DNA of 64,000 nt from Acidimicrobiaceae bacterium. GTDB lineage: Bacteria > Actinomycetota > Acidimicrobiia > Acidimicrobiales > Aldehydirespiratoraceae. The stretch is from positions 52,507-116,506 of the forward strand of contig PBTQ01000074.1 of NCBI GenBank assembly GCA_002729125.1, written 5' to 3'. Position numbers and translations under genes: made by a program. The notes beneath the pieces were generated by a model. The model did not search any database and was not told where the DNA came from. It saw only the letters and a list, made by a program, of their open reading frames with translations. Numbering within the stretch: position 1 is the stretch's first letter; every line of letters starts with the position of its first letter. Positions 48,614 through 58,299 of the stretch are shown here, one piece after another.

Positions 48614-49239
48614 GCTACTTCAACGCTGACAACCTCGAGACCGCGCACGAGATCATCTCGCGCTACCCGCGCAAGAAGTCGGCGCTTATCCCACTGCTGC
48701 ATCTTGCACAGGAGCAGGAGGGCTGGGTCACCGACGACGCCATGCGCCAGATCGCCGAGCTCACCGACACCACGCCCGCCGAGGTGAAGGGCACCGGATC
48801 GTTCTACGAAATGTTCAAGTTCCACCCGGTGGGCACGTACATGATCAATGTGTGCACCAATCTCGCCTGCCAGCTGCTTGGCGGCGAGGAACTCCTCGCC
48901 CATGCCGAAGAGACGCTGGGGATCAAGGCCGGCGGCACCACCGCCGACGGGATGTTCACCATCGAAGACGTCGAGTGCATCGCAGCGTGCACCGAGGCCC
49001 CGTGCCTACAGGTCAACTACCGCTACAAGCTGCGGCTCACCACCGACGATCTCGATCAGCTCATCGACGACATTCGCAACGGTCGGGCGACCGACATCCC
49101 CGAGCACGGCACGCTCGGCCTGGTCCGTCAGCACGTCCCTGCCGATGCTGGTGCAGGCATCGTGGCGCCGGAGCAGGCCACCGAACGCCCGGTCTGGCTC
49201 GCCCGAAATGACGCTGTCGCTGAAGGAGGAGAAGGCTGA
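48610..49239 (+). CDS. nuoE: NADH-quinone oxidoreductase subunit E
   Basis: Thioredoxin-like 2Fe-2S ligands CTNLAC...CIAACTEAPC. Confidence 0.9.
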   Translation: MSYFNADNLETAHEIISRYPRKKSALIPLLHLAQEQEGWVTDDAMRQIAELTDTTPAEVKGTGSFYEMFKFHPVGTYMINVCTNLACQLLGGEELLAHAEETLGIKAGGTTADGMFTIEDVECIAACTEAPCLQVNYRYKLRLTTDDLDQLIDDIRNGRATDIPEHGTLGLVRQHVPADAGAGIVAPEQATERPVWLARNDAVAEGGEG

Positions 49240-50663
49240 TGCCGACGTACGACTATGTCCCCCATGCGCCCGGCTATGTCGACAACGACGGGCCCAAGAT
49301 CGTCACCAGCCGCTTCGTTCATGAGGACTCCCACACTCTCGAGCGCTACGAGGCCACCAACGGCTACGAGGGTCTGCACCGCGCCCTTGACCGCACTCCG
49401 GCCGATGTCCACGAAGAGGTCCGCGACGCCGTCGTGCTCGGCCGCGGTGGCGCTGGCTTCCCGGCGGGCGTGAAGTGGGGCTTCATGCCTCCCGGCAAGT
49501 TCCCGTACTACCTCGTCGTCAACGGCGACGAGTCCGAGCCCGGCACCTACAAGGACCGCCTCCTCATGGAGCGGGACCCTCACCAGTTGATCGAAGGCTG
49601 TCTCATCACCTGCTACGCGCTCGGTCTCAGCCAGTGCTTCCTGTACGTACGAGGCGAAATGCCCGCCGCCCAGGAGAATCTCGCCCAAGCGCTCAACGAG
49701 GCCTACGCCAAGGGCTATGTCGGTAAGAACATTATGGGTACGGAGTTCAGCGTCGACATCACGCTGACCTGGGGCGCCGGCGCCTACATCGTCGGTGAGG
49801 AGACGGCACTGATCGAGTCGCTCGAGGGTAACCGCGGGATGCCGCGCCTCAAGCCGCCGTTCTTCCCAGCCGCAATCGGCCTCTATGGCCAGCCCACGAT
49901 TGTCAACAATGTCGAGACGCTGAGCAACCTTCCCTGGTTGCTCGTCAACGGCTCCGAGCAGTACAAGGCGCACGGCTCGGAGGCTTCGCCTGGCTCGCGC
50001 ATGGTTACCGTGTCGGGTCACGTGAACCGTCCCGGCGTGTTCGAGATCGAGCAGGGCGTCACGACCTTCCGCGACCTCTTCTACGGCGACAACTTCTGTC
50101 GCGGGATTCGCAACGACAACGAACTCAAGATGTTCGTGCCGGGCGGCGGTTCGGCCCCCTGGTTCTTCCCGGAGCAACTCGACCTTCCCCTTGAGGGTCG
50201 CACCGTCGGTGCGGAAGGTTCGATGCTCGGCTCGGGCGCCATCATGGTGATGGACGAGACAACCGATGCCGTCAAGGCCGCGTTGCGACTCGTGCGGTTC
50301 TACGCCCGTGAGTCGTGCGGCAAGTGCACCCCGTGCCGGGAGGGCACCACCTGGGAAGAGCGCATCTTGCAGCGCATTCTCGACGGTGAAGGTCGTCCCA
50401 GCGACATCGACAAGCTGCTCGACATCGCCGACAACATCTCGCCCGGCCCCTACCCGGTCGCGGCCGACCCGTCCCAGGGCCTCGCCGCCGTGCCGTTCCC
50501 GCCGAAGCAGACCACCATTTGCCCGCTGGGCCCGTCGTCGGTCGCACCGATCACGTCGACGATTCGTCGCTTTCGTCACGAGTACGAGGCCAAGATCACC
50601 AAGCGGGATTCCATCCCGGTGATGGCCGCCCCGATGTCGTCTGATCCCGTCGAGGTTGGCTGA
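49239..50663 (+). CDS. nuoF: NADH-quinone oxidoreductase subunit F
   Basis: GRGGAGFPAGVKW (FMN site), NGDESEPGT and ESCGKCTPCREG (N3 cluster). Confidence 0.92.
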   Translation: MPTYDYVPHAPGYVDNDGPKIVTSRFVHEDSHTLERYEATNGYEGLHRALDRTPADVHEEVRDAVVLGRGGAGFPAGVKWGFMPPGKFPYYLVVNGDESEPGTYKDRLLMERDPHQLIEGCLITCYALGLSQCFLYVRGEMPAAQENLAQALNEAYAKGYVGKNIMGTEFSVDITLTWGAGAYIVGEETALIESLEGNRGMPRLKPPFFPAAIGLYGQPTIVNNVETLSNLPWLLVNGSEQYKAHGSEASPGSRMVTVSGHVNRPGVFEIEQGVTTFRDLFYGDNFCRGIRNDNELKMFVPGGGSAPWFFPEQLDLPLEGRTVGAEGSMLGSGAIMVMDETTDAVKAALRLVRFYARESCGKCTPCREGTTWEERILQRILDGEGRPSDIDKLLDIADNISPGPYPVAADPSQGLAAVPFPPKQTTICPLGPSSVAPITSTIRRFRHEYEAKITKRDSIPVMAAPMSSDPVEVG

Positions 50664-53125
50664 TGACCGCGGTCGAGAACGAGAAGTCCACAGTCACCGT
50701 CACCCTGAACGGTGTCGAGATTGAGGCCAACCCTGGTGAACTGCTCATCGACGCCGCCGAGCGCCACGGCACCTACATCCCGCGGTTCTGCTACCACTCG
50801 CGCATGAAGCCGGTCGGCATGTGCCGGATGTGCCTGGTCGAGGTCGACTCGGGCCGTGGTCCGGCACTGCAGCCGAGCTGTATGATTCCGGTGGGCGAGG
50901 GCATGACCGTCGACACCGAGTCCGAGGCCACCAAGAAGGCCCAGGATGGTGTGCTTGAGTTCCTGCTCATCAACCACCCGCTCGACTGCCCGGTGTGCGA
51001 CAAGGGTGGCGAGTGTCCGCTGCAGGATCAGACCGTGGCCTTCGGCCCTGGCGAGTCCCGCTTCGTCGAGGAGAAGCGGCACTACGAGAAGCCGATCCCG
51101 ATCAGCGACACCGTCTACCTCGACCGTGAGCGCTGCATTCTCTGTGATCGCTGTACCCGCTTCGCCGACGATGTCGCCGGCGACACGCTGATCCACTTCA
51201 TGGACCGGGGCAACAGCACCCAGGTCAACACGTTCCCCGATGAGCCGTTCGCCTCGTACTTCTCCGGCAATACAGTGCAGATCTGCCCGGTCGGTGCGCT
51301 CACCGCCAAGCCGTATCGATTCAAAGCCCGCCCGTGGGATCTCGAAGAGACGATCTCCACGGCATGGATCGACTCGGTTGGTTCGCGCGTCACCGTCCAG
51401 TCGAGCCGCAATCAGGTCCTGCGCCTGCTCGGTGTCGACGCCGACAGCGTCAACTGGGGTTGGCTCTCCGACAAGGAACGCTTCGGCTTCGAGGCCCTCA
51501 ACAGCGAGGACCGCCTCACTGCGCCGATGGTCCGTGTCGATGGTCGCCTTGAATCCACCGGTTGGGCCCCCGCCCTTGCTGCGGCCACCGACGCCTTGCG
51601 CGATGTCGACCCGGCCCGCATCGGCGTGATCGGCGGCGCTCGACTCACCAACGAATCGCAGTACGCCTGGACCAAGCTCGCCAAGGGTGTGCTCGGCACC
51701 GACAATGTCGACGCCCAGCTCGGCGATGGCCTTCCGGTCGAGGCGGTGTTGGGTCTGCCCCGCGCCACGATCAACCAGGCTTGCACCCCGGGTGGCACTG
51801 TCATCCTCGTCGGTCCCGACCCCAAGGAAGACCTCGGTGCGCTGTTCCTTCGCCTGCGTCACGCCGTCGTCAACGACGGCACCACGCTGATCGAGTTGAC
51901 CCCGACCCGCACCGGTCTCAGCACGATCGCGGGTCACTCGCTGCACCCGAAGCCGGGCGAGGTCGACCTCCTGGCCGCTGCGCTCGTCGACGCCGTATCG
52001 GGCGACGCCCGCGATGCTGCCGGTGTGCCGGCCGACGCCATCGCCGCTGCGGCGGCCGCGATCTCGGGTCCGGTCACGGTGGTCCTCGGCCGGGCCTCGA
52101 TCGCCGAGTCCGCAGCGATCACCGTCGATGCAGCCATCGCCCTCAGCCAGCTCGAAGGGGTCGGCTTCTTGTCGGCGCTGCGTCGCGGCAATGTGCACGG
52201 CGCCCTCGACATGGGCATGGCCCCGGGCCTGCTCCCCGGCCGAGTGCCGCTGAGCACCGGTTGCGATGCCTTCGATCAGGTGCCCACCGAGACGGGCATG
52301 GACACCATCGCCATGCTGGAGGCAGCTGCCGCCGGTGATCTCGACGTGCTCGTCCTACTCGGCAGCGATCCGCTGAGTGACGCGCCCGATGCCGACCTGG
52401 CCGAGCGCGGCCTCGCCGGCGCCGGCACCGTGATCGCCGTCGAGATGTTGCCCAACGCCTCGACCCTTACCCACGCCGACCTCGTCCTGGCCGCTGCGGC
52501 GCCGACCGAAGTCGAAGGCACGTTCACCAACCTCGAGGGTCGCATGAGTGTCGCCGAGCAGAAGGTCACCCCTTCCGGCACCTCCCGTGCCGACTGGATG
52601 ATCGCTGCTGAGCTCGCCTTGCGCCTCGGTGCCGACCTTGGCGTCGAGTCCCCCGAATCGATCCGGGCCGAGATCGCCGCCGTGTCGCCGGTTCACGCCG
52701 AGCTCACCGAGGCCGCGCTGGCCGATGGCCGTGTCGAGGGCGTCCTGATCAGCGGCTCATCGATCCAAGCACCCACCGCTTCGGGCTCGAGCACCCCAGC
52801 CAACGACGCCTACTCCCTGCGCCTCGTTGCCGCTCGCCGCATGTACGACAACGGCACGATGCTGCAGGCCAGCGCCTCCAGCGCCGGCCTCGCCGCCTCA
52901 GTGAAGGTCACACTCAACCCCGCCGATTTCGAAAAGCTCGGCCTCGACGCCGGCACCGTCGTCAAGGTGATCTCGGGTCGAGGTGAGCTGATGGCGCCAC
53001 TCGCCGCCGACTTCGGTGTCCCCACTGGTTCGGCCATGATCCCGGCCAACGCGCCGGGGTCCAACGCCAACACCCTGATCGATGCGTCGGCGTCGGTCAC
53101 CGACGTTCGGGTGGAACGCGCATGA
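50663..53125 (+). CDS. nuoG: NADH-quinone oxidoreductase subunit G
   Basis: CYHSRMKPVGMCRMCLVEV, HPLDCPVCDKGGECPLQD and CILCDRCTRF cluster motifs. 820 aa. Confidence 0.92.
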   Translation: MTAVENEKSTVTVTLNGVEIEANPGELLIDAAERHGTYIPRFCYHSRMKPVGMCRMCLVEVDSGRGPALQPSCMIPVGEGMTVDTESEATKKAQDGVLEFLLINHPLDCPVCDKGGECPLQDQTVAFGPGESRFVEEKRHYEKPIPISDTVYLDRERCILCDRCTRFADDVAGDTLIHFMDRGNSTQVNTFPDEPFASYFSGNTVQICPVGALTAKPYRFKARPWDLEETISTAWIDSVGSRVTVQSSRNQVLRLLGVDADSVNWGWLSDKERFGFEALNSEDRLTAPMVRVDGRLESTGWAPALAAATDALRDVDPARIGVIGGARLTNESQYAWTKLAKGVLGTDNVDAQLGDGLPVEAVLGLPRATINQACTPGGTVILVGPDPKEDLGALFLRLRHAVVNDGTTLIELTPTRTGLSTIAGHSLHPKPGEVDLLAAALVDAVSGDARDAAGVPADAIAAAAAAISGPVTVVLGRASIAESAAITVDAAIALSQLEGVGFLSALRRGNVHGALDMGMAPGLLPGRVPLSTGCDAFDQVPTETGMDTIAMLEAAAAGDLDVLVLLGSDPLSDAPDADLAERGLAGAGTVIAVEMLPNASTLTHADLVLAAAAPTEVEGTFTNLEGRMSVAEQKVTPSGTSRADWMIAAELALRLGADLGVESPESIRAEIAAVSPVHAELTEAALADGRVEGVLISGSSIQAPTASGSSTPANDAYSLRLVAARRMYDNGTMLQASASSAGLAASVKVTLNPADFEKLGLDAGTVVKVISGRGELMAPLAADFGVPTGSAMIPANAPGSNANTLIDASASVTDVRVERA

Positions 53126-54369
53126 TGTTTGCTCAAGACCCGCTCTACGCCGGCGACTGGCTCGGCGATGCCCTGATCACCGGGCTCAAGGTGCTGGTCG
53201 CGTTTGCGTTCTTGCTCGTCGCAGTGATGCTCAACATCTGGTTCCTGCGCAAGGTCATCTCCGACTTCCAGAACCGCATCGGCCCGAACACGGCAGGTCG
53301 GTGGGGCATCCTCCAGAGCCTGGCCGACGGCATCAAGCTGTTCTTCAAGGAAGATCTGATCCCCGACAACTCGGATCGCTTCGCCTTCAAGCTGGCGCCG
53401 TATCTGTCGCTCGTCCCCGCCTTCCTCGTCTTCGCAATCATCCCGATCGGCGGCGACTTCAACGGCGACAACGGCGACGGTGTCGTCAGCATCTTCGGTC
53501 ACGACACACTCCTCCAGGTCGCCGACCCGCCCGTCGGTGTCCTGTGGTTCCTCGCCATGTCATCGCTCGCGATCTATGGCGTGATGCTCGCCGGCTGGAG
53601 CTCAGGCTCGAAGTATCCGCTCATCGGCTCCGTGCGTGCGTCGGCCCAGATGGTGTCCTACGAAGCGGCCCTCGGCCTCGCCCTTGCATCGGTGCTGCTC
53701 GTGTCGGGCACCTTGTCCACCCATGCCATGGTCATCGACCAGTCGGGTGAGGGCCCTGCGTTCTTCGGGAACGAGAACATCCTTCCGGCCTGGTACCTCC
53801 TGCCGGTCGGCATCGTGCCCTTCGTCGTCTTCATCATCGCAGGCACAGCCGAACTCAACCATCCGCCCTTCGACCTCGTCGAAGCCGAACAGGAGATCGT
53901 CGGCGGCTTCCACACCGAGTACTCCTCGATCCGGTTCGCACTCTTCTTCCTCGCCGAGTTCATGAACCAGATCACGATGGGCGCCCTGCTCGTCACCCTC
54001 TTCCTTGGCGGCCCCAACGGCCCGGCGTTCTTCTTCCCCGAGGGCTGGTGGATCGGCGTCTTCTGGTTCTTCGTGAAGCTGATGGGCTTCTTGTTCCTGC
54101 TCGTTTGGGTGCGAGCCACCTTGCCCCGCTTCCGCTACGACCAACTCATGGACTTCGGCTGGAAGCTGTTGATCCCGCTGTCGCTCGGTTGGTTCATCTT
54201 GCTGGCGTTCATTCAGATCGGGCGCGACGAAGACTGGAGCACCGCCCAGTTCGTCGGCCTCGGTGTGGGTCTTGCGGCCGCCTTCGTGGCCCTCGCCGGC
54301 ATGTTGACCCTTGCGATCCGCAACGCCCGCAACGAGCGCATCGAAGAGATGGAGGATGCCCATGGCTGA
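53122..54369 (+). CDS. nuoH: NADH-quinone oxidoreductase subunit H
   Basis: QNRIGPNTAGRWGILQSLADGIKLFFKED and PFDLVEAEQEIVGGFHTEYS. Confidence 0.92.
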   Translation: MMFAQDPLYAGDWLGDALITGLKVLVAFAFLLVAVMLNIWFLRKVISDFQNRIGPNTAGRWGILQSLADGIKLFFKEDLIPDNSDRFAFKLAPYLSLVPAFLVFAIIPIGGDFNGDNGDGVVSIFGHDTLLQVADPPVGVLWFLAMSSLAIYGVMLAGWSSGSKYPLIGSVRASAQMVSYEAALGLALASVLLVSGTLSTHAMVIDQSGEGPAFFGNENILPAWYLLPVGIVPFVVFIIAGTAELNHPPFDLVEAEQEIVGGFHTEYSSIRFALFFLAEFMNQITMGALLVTLFLGGPNGPAFFFPEGWWIGVFWFFVKLMGFLFLLVWVRATLPRFRYDQLMDFGWKLLIPLSLGWFILLAFIQIGRDEDWSTAQFVGLGVGLAAAFVALAGMLTLAIRNARNERIEEMEDAHG

Positions 54370-55042
54370 CGGTTCCTACCTCAAGGGCTTCGGCGTTACG
54401 TTCAAGAAGCTTTTCGAAGACCGTGTGACCGGCGATTACCGCGGTGGCAAGGGCCTCGAGAAGGGCAAGCCCGACGAGAAGCGCCCCAAGGCCGACCGGC
54501 TCCACGGCCGCCACGTCCTCAACCGGTATGAGGACGGTATGGAGAAGTGCATCGGCTGTGAGCTGTGTGCCGGCGTGTGCCCCGCCAAGTGCATCTATGT
54601 TCGCGGCGCCGACAACAACCCCGAAGCACCGACTTCGCCAGGGGAGCGCTTCGGCTACGTCTACGAGATCAACTACCTGCGCTGCATCCACTGCGATCTG
54701 TGCGTCGAGGCATGCCCCACGCAGGCCATCACTGAGTCGAAGCTGTTCGAGTTCTCGTTCACCAACCGCAGCGATGCGATCTACACCAAGAACGAACTGC
54801 TCGTCGGCGACGATGGCAAGCCTCAGCAGCTGCCCTGGGAAGACTGGCGCGACGGCGAAGACACCATGACCTCAGGCTGGATGCGGGCCACCTCACCGGC
54901 CGGTGACCATCGGTATGAGGGCATCGTTCATTGGGCGGGCGAGCTGGGCTACGGCGTGCGCGACCCCGAAACGGGGCAGAGCGCAGAGGCGAACGACGAC
55001 GGGGGAGCTCGACCGGCAGCGTCGAGCGTCGAGCATGGCTGA
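54362..55042 (+). CDS. nuoI: NADH-quinone oxidoreductase subunit I
   Basis: CIGCELCAGVCPAKCI and CIHCDLCVEACPTQAI. ATG 54362 overlaps the nuoH end. Has a C-terminal extension. Confidence 0.9.
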   Translation: MADGSYLKGFGVTFKKLFEDRVTGDYRGGKGLEKGKPDEKRPKADRLHGRHVLNRYEDGMEKCIGCELCAGVCPAKCIYVRGADNNPEAPTSPGERFGYVYEINYLRCIHCDLCVEACPTQAITESKLFEFSFTNRSDAIYTKNELLVGDDGKPQQLPWEDWRDGEDTMTSGWMRATSPAGDHRYEGIVHWAGELGYGVRDPETGQSAEANDDGGARPAASSVEHG

Positions 55043-55670
55043 ATTCATCACGTTCTTCTTCGGAGCGGCGATCATCCTCGCCGGGGCGATCGGCGTCGTC
55101 GCCGCACGCAACGCCGTGCACTCGGCGCTCTTCTTGATCCAGACTCTGCTTGGTGTCGCCGTGATTTTTGTCGTGCAGGAAGCACACTTCCTTGCAGCGG
55201 TACAGATCGTCGTGTACGCCGGCGCCATCGTGATCCTGTTCCTCTTCGTGATCATGTTGCTCGGTGTCGACAAGGCCGAGGATCTCGGTGTCGAACCCAT
55301 CGCCGGCCAAAAGCCGCTCGCAGTGGTTCTCGGCGCCTCACTGCTCGCCACGGCGATCACGTTCGTGCTCGTCGCCACTGACGGCGCCACCGGCGTCGGC
55401 TCCGCCGACCCCGAACGTCAGCTCGATTCCGGCATCACGGATATCGAGCGCATCGGCCGGGTCCTGTTCACCGAATACGCAGTGGCGTTCCAGCTCACCG
55501 CCGCCCTGCTCACCATCGGCGTGATCGGTGCCGTCGTGCTCACCCGGTCACTGCCGACGGCCGACCAGCTCGATGATCTCGAGCCGGCGTCGATGGACCT
55601 CCCGTCGCTGGCGCCCGAGGGGGCCAACGACGAACACCATGTCGACGCGGTCGACGAGGATGCATCGTGA
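55035..55670 (+). CDS. nuoJ: NADH-quinone oxidoreductase subunit J
   Basis: MAEFITFFFGAAIILAGAIGVV...VQIVVYAGAIVILFLFVIMLL. The start overlaps the nuoI end by 8 nt. Confidence 0.88.
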   Translation: MAEFITFFFGAAIILAGAIGVVAARNAVHSALFLIQTLLGVAVIFVVQEAHFLAAVQIVVYAGAIVILFLFVIMLLGVDKAEDLGVEPIAGQKPLAVVLGASLLATAITFVLVATDGATGVGSADPERQLDSGITDIERIGRVLFTEYAVAFQLTAALLTIGVIGAVVLTRSLPTADQLDDLEPASMDLPSLAPEGANDEHHVDAVDEDAS

Positions 55671-55987
55671 TCCTCGCCGAGCTTGCGCTCACCCCGCCCT
55701 ACTACCTCGTGCTGTCGGCCCTGATGTTCGCCATCGGTGCGACGGGCCTGTTGATCCGCCGCAACCCGCTGGTGATGTTCATGTGTGTCGAGCTGATGCT
55801 CAACGGCGTGAACATCTCCTTCGTCGCCTTTGGCGCCGACCTCAACGATGTGGGTGGCCAGATCTCCGTGTTCTTCGTTCTCGTGGTCGCTGCGGTGGAG
55901 GTTGTTGTCGGCCTCGCCCTGGTGGTCGCGATCAACCGCCGTCGCGCCGACGCCACCGCCGACGACGTGTCGCTCTTGAGGGGATGA
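55667..55987 (+). CDS. nuoK: NADH-quinone oxidoreductase subunit K
   Basis: 106 aa with three TM helices. MFMCVELMLNGVN...AAVEVVVGLALVV. Confidence 0.9.
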   Translation: MILAELALTPPYYLVLSALMFAIGATGLLIRRNPLVMFMCVELMLNGVNISFVAFGADLNDVGGQISVFFVLVVAAVEVVVGLALVVAINRRRADATADDVSLLRG

Positions 55988-55995
55988 GCTGACCT

Positions 55996-58299
55996 GTGTT
56001 GCTTGATCTTGCATTTCTGATTCCGGCGTTCCCGCTGCTCGGGTTCCTCGTGATTCTCGTGGCCGGCCGTCGGCTCGGTGAGCCCGGTGCCGGCTGGGTC
56101 GCCACGATGGCGATGGGTGGATCGTTCGCGGCCGCCGCTGCCGTGTTCCTCGGTCTCCTCGGCGAGGACGCCGACGAACGTCGTCACGTCCAGACCCTGT
56201 GGGAGTGGGTGCCGGTCGGCGACCTCTCCGTCGACATCGGCTTCCTCGTCGATCCGCTGTCGATCACGATGACCCTGTTCATCACCGGTGTCGGTGCGCT
56301 GATCCATCTCTACTCGATCGGGTATATGCACGGTGATGAGAACTTCTCGAAGTTCTTCCTCTACCTGAACCTGTTCGCCTTCTCGATGCTGATGCTCGTG
56401 CTCGGCGACAACCTGCTCCTCACCTTCCTCGGCTGGGAGGGCGTGGGCGCCTGTTCGTACTTCCTCATCTCGTTCTGGTTCACCGAGGAGGCCAATGCCA
56501 CCGCCGGCAAGAAGGCCTTCGTGACCAACCGCATCGGCGACTGGGGTTTCATGGTCGCCACCTTCCTGATCTTCGTGACGATCGGTTCGATCGAGTACGT
56601 CGACATCATCGGGAACGCCGAGGGTGGCCTCATCAGCGAGAGCACCGCCACCTGGATCACCGTCCTGTTGCTGATCGCCGCCGCCGGCAAGTCAGCCCAG
56701 TTCCCGCTCTACCTGTGGCTGCCCGACGCGATGGCCGGCCCGACCCCGGTCTCCGCGCTCATCCACGCTGCCACCATGGTGACGTCGGGCATCTACCTGC
56801 TCACCCGGGTCAATCCGGTGTTGGCCGAGGCCGCCTCGTGGTCCACCGATCTGATCGCGTGGGTGGGTGCGCTCACGGCATTGTTCGCCGCCACCATCGC
56901 CGTCGCTCAGAACGACATCAAGAAGGTGCTGGCGTACTCGACTGTCAGCCAGCTCGGCTACATGTTCCTCGCCGTCGGCATCGGCGCCTACATCGCCGCC
57001 ATCTTCCACATGATCACCCACGCCTTCTTCAAGGCGCTGCTGTTCCTCGGTTCGGGATCCGTCATCCACGGCATGCATCACGACCAGGACATGCGCCACT
57101 ACGGCGGCCTGCAGAAGCTGATGCCGATCACCTCGGCCACCTTCATCGTCGGCTGGCTCGCAATCGCCGGCGTGCCGCCGTTCTCGGGCTTCTGGTCGAA
57201 AGACGAAATCCTGGCCTACGCCTACGACGTCAACCCGATGTTGTGGGTCATCGGTCTGCTCACGGCGTTGCTCACGGCGTTCTACATGAGCCGGCAGGTC
57301 TTCATGACCTTCTTCGGCGAGTACCGCTATGCCGACGTCCGCCCCGAGGAGATCTCCGAGATCTGGGACAACCGGGTCGCCACCGCGGAGGCCGCCGTGG
57401 GCGAGGCCGAGGCCGGTGTCGGCGCCGCCGAAGACGGCATCGTGAAGGCCAAGGAGAAGCTCGACAAGGCCGCCGAGAAGCTCGAACAGCGCGAAGCCGA
57501 ACTGGCCGAGGTCGACGAGTACGATGACAAGGCCGTCGACAAGGCCACCAAGAGCCTCGAGAAGGCCAAGGACGGCGTCGTCAAGGCCCAGGCGGCCGTC
57601 GATGAGGTCACCGTGTCGGTCGACGCCGCCCGCGCCGAGGTCGACACGGCCCGTGCAAATGTCGAGACGGTGCTCGCCGCCGCGGCAAGCGCAGGCGACG
57701 ACCTCGAGGGGATCAGCGACGACGATCTACCCGCACCCGTCAAGGAACGTCGTGAATTCCATCCCCACGAATCGCCTTGGCAGATGACGGTTCCGCTCAT
57801 CCTGCTCTCGGGCGCGGCGGTCATCGCCGGCGTCATGAACCTTCCGTTCAGCAAGGACCTCCACTTCCTCGAGAAATGGTTGGAACCCACGCTGTACGGA
57901 AACAAGCACAAGCTCGGCCTCTCCGGCGGTGAGCTGTGGATCCTGGCGATCGTCGCCGTCGTCATCGGAGCGTTCGGCATCGCCGCAGCGGTCGCGATCT
58001 ATCTCCAGAAGCGCATCCCGGCCGAGAAGGTCGAGTTGCCCGTCCTGGCTCGGGGCTGGCGCTACGACGAAGCGGTCAGCGATTTCATGGGTGGACCCGG
58101 CCGCAAGGGCTTCGACCTGGTGGCCTGGTTCGACGCCACGATCGTCGACGGGATCGTCAACGGCACCGGTCGCCTGGTGCGCACGGCCGGCGGGGGACTC
58201 CGAACCCTGCAGACCGGTTTGGTTCGTAGTTACGCCGCACTCATTGCGGTCGGTGCGGTGGGTCTCATCGCGTGGTTCCTCGTGAGGACGACCTTCTGA
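55996..58299 (+). CDS. nuoL: NADH-quinone oxidoreductase subunit L, with a large helical insertion
   Basis: GWEGVGACSYFLISFW, AAGKSAQFPLYLWLPDAMAGPTPVSALIHAATMV, and a C-terminal lateral helix with a final TM. 767 aa, because of an insertion encoded at about 57320-57760. Confidence 0.9.
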   Translation: MLLDLAFLIPAFPLLGFLVILVAGRRLGEPGAGWVATMAMGGSFAAAAAVFLGLLGEDADERRHVQTLWEWVPVGDLSVDIGFLVDPLSITMTLFITGVGALIHLYSIGYMHGDENFSKFFLYLNLFAFSMLMLVLGDNLLLTFLGWEGVGACSYFLISFWFTEEANATAGKKAFVTNRIGDWGFMVATFLIFVTIGSIEYVDIIGNAEGGLISESTATWITVLLLIAAAGKSAQFPLYLWLPDAMAGPTPVSALIHAATMVTSGIYLLTRVNPVLAEAASWSTDLIAWVGALTALFAATIAVAQNDIKKVLAYSTVSQLGYMFLAVGIGAYIAAIFHMITHAFFKALLFLGSGSVIHGMHHDQDMRHYGGLQKLMPITSATFIVGWLAIAGVPPFSGFWSKDEILAYAYDVNPMLWVIGLLTALLTAFYMSRQVFMTFFGEYRYADVRPEEISEIWDNRVATAEAAVGEAEAGVGAAEDGIVKAKEKLDKAAEKLEQREAELAEVDEYDDKAVDKATKSLEKAKDGVVKAQAAVDEVTVSVDAARAEVDTARANVETVLAAAASAGDDLEGISDDDLPAPVKERREFHPHESPWQMTVPLILLSGAAVIAGVMNLPFSKDLHFLEKWLEPTLYGNKHKLGLSGGELWILAIVAVVIGAFGIAAAVAIYLQKRIPAEKVELPVLARGWRYDEAVSDFMGGPGRKGFDLVAWFDATIVDGIVNGTGRLVRTAGGGLRTLQTGLVRSYAALIAVGAVGLIAWFLVRTTF

